A stretch of DNA of 64,000 nucleotides from Myxococcota bacterium (GTDB lineage: Bacteria; Myxococcota_A; SURF-8; G963663525). Position numbers and translations under genes: made by a program. Of the stretch, positions 63,449 through 64,000 are shown one piece after another (the first letter of the stretch is position 1; the number at the start of each line of letters is the position of its first letter). The DNA lies in the NCBI GenBank assembly GCA_963663525.2, contig CAXXHC010000001.1:2406525-2470524 (forward strand). The letters are read 5' to 3'. Below the pieces are notes generated by a model that ran no database searches, was not told the origin of the DNA, and saw only the letters and a list, made by a program, of their open reading frames with translations.

Positions 63449-64000
63449 TTACAGCTTGTTCAATTCTTCCTGCTCGGTGGCGTCGATCTTCCGGCTGAAG
63501 CGCTGCAGCAGCGAAAAAAGCACCGGGACGACGAACAGCGTGACGCAGGTTGAAAATACCAACCCGCCGATGACAGCATAGCCCATGGAGTGCTTGAATT
63601 CCGCCGCGTTGGCGGTGGAGAGCACCAGCGGCATCATGCCCACCATCGTGCCTCCGGCGGTCATCAGAATGGGCCGCAGACGTACCCGGCTGGATTCCAC
63701 CAGCGCATCGATGACATCCATGCCGCCGCGAATCAGTTGCAGGGAGTAATCTACGAGTAGAATCGAGTTTTTGGTGACGATACCCATCAGCATGATGATG
63801 CCGATGAAGCTCATGATGGAGAAAATCTGGCTGAAGACGAACAGGCTGCCGATCGCGCCGGTCAGCGCGAAGGGAAGGGCGGACATGATCGTAAAGGGGT
63901 GGACGTAGGAGTTGAACTGGGAAGCCAGCACGATGTAAATCAGGAAGATCGCCGCCGCCAGAGCGCCCAGCAGATCTCCGAAGGATTTCTCCATGTTCTC
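63449..64000 (-). CDS. RND efflux transporter permease (AcrB/CzcA superfamily), C-terminal part; gene continues beyond the window
   Basis: The frame stays open to the window edge. Pattern is typical of the RND C-terminal TM bundle (IGIIMLMGIVTKNSILLVDY...RLRPILMTAGGTMVGMMPL). Confidence 0.85.
   Translation of the reverse strand, partial: ENMEKSFGDLLGALAAAIFLIYIVLASQFNSYVHPFTIMSALPFALTGAIGSLFVFSQIFSIMSFIGIIMLMGIVTKNSILLVDYSLQLIRGGMDVIDALVESSRVRLRPILMTAGGTMVGMMPLVLSTANAAEFKHSMGYAVIGGLVFSTCVTLFVVPVLFSLLQRFSRKIDATEQEELNKL

Overview
GC-rich (about 60% by eye) bacterial chromosomal segment, densely coding on both strands. All calls come from reading the sequence and the ORF track; no database search was run. 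About 53 CDS and one tRNA are supported.

Core content:
- A compact histidine operon, hisG / hisC-HAD / hisB / hisH / hisF / hisA-hisI-hisE / hisD (51.6-58.8 kb), preceded by a His-codon leader peptide and a terminator/antiterminator.
- A heme cluster, hemE-hemN-hemH-hemY-hemA-like (42.8-48.9 kb).
- A C1/Wood-Ljungdahl-associated set: fhs, folD, a RACo-like corrinoid activase and a CooC-type ATPase (37.0-42.6 kb).
- rpmE-DUF1385-prfA, rpsU, rluD, pcrA, trxA, nth and an initiator-like tRNA-Met.
- A metal ABC importer operon (27.1-32.5 kb) in which both permeases carry C-terminal DtxR/MntR-like domains.

Accessory-looking content:
- A run of predicted lipoproteins at 2.2-7.9 kb, including two tandem mosaic Cys-rich paralogs.
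- A Gly-rich beta-helix lipoprotein.
- A low-GC MORN-repeat protein built from 69-bp units.
- A 969-aa peptidase-like / TolB-propeller / beta-barrel protein.
- A Spinster-like MFS / KDSR-like SDR / Tat-amidohydrolase operon.

Intergenic DNA carries at least four families of short palindromic (REP/MITE-like) repeats.

No CRISPR array, rRNA, transposase, integrase or recognisable defence system was seen. Many long antisense ORFs in the track are GC-driven shadows and were rejected.
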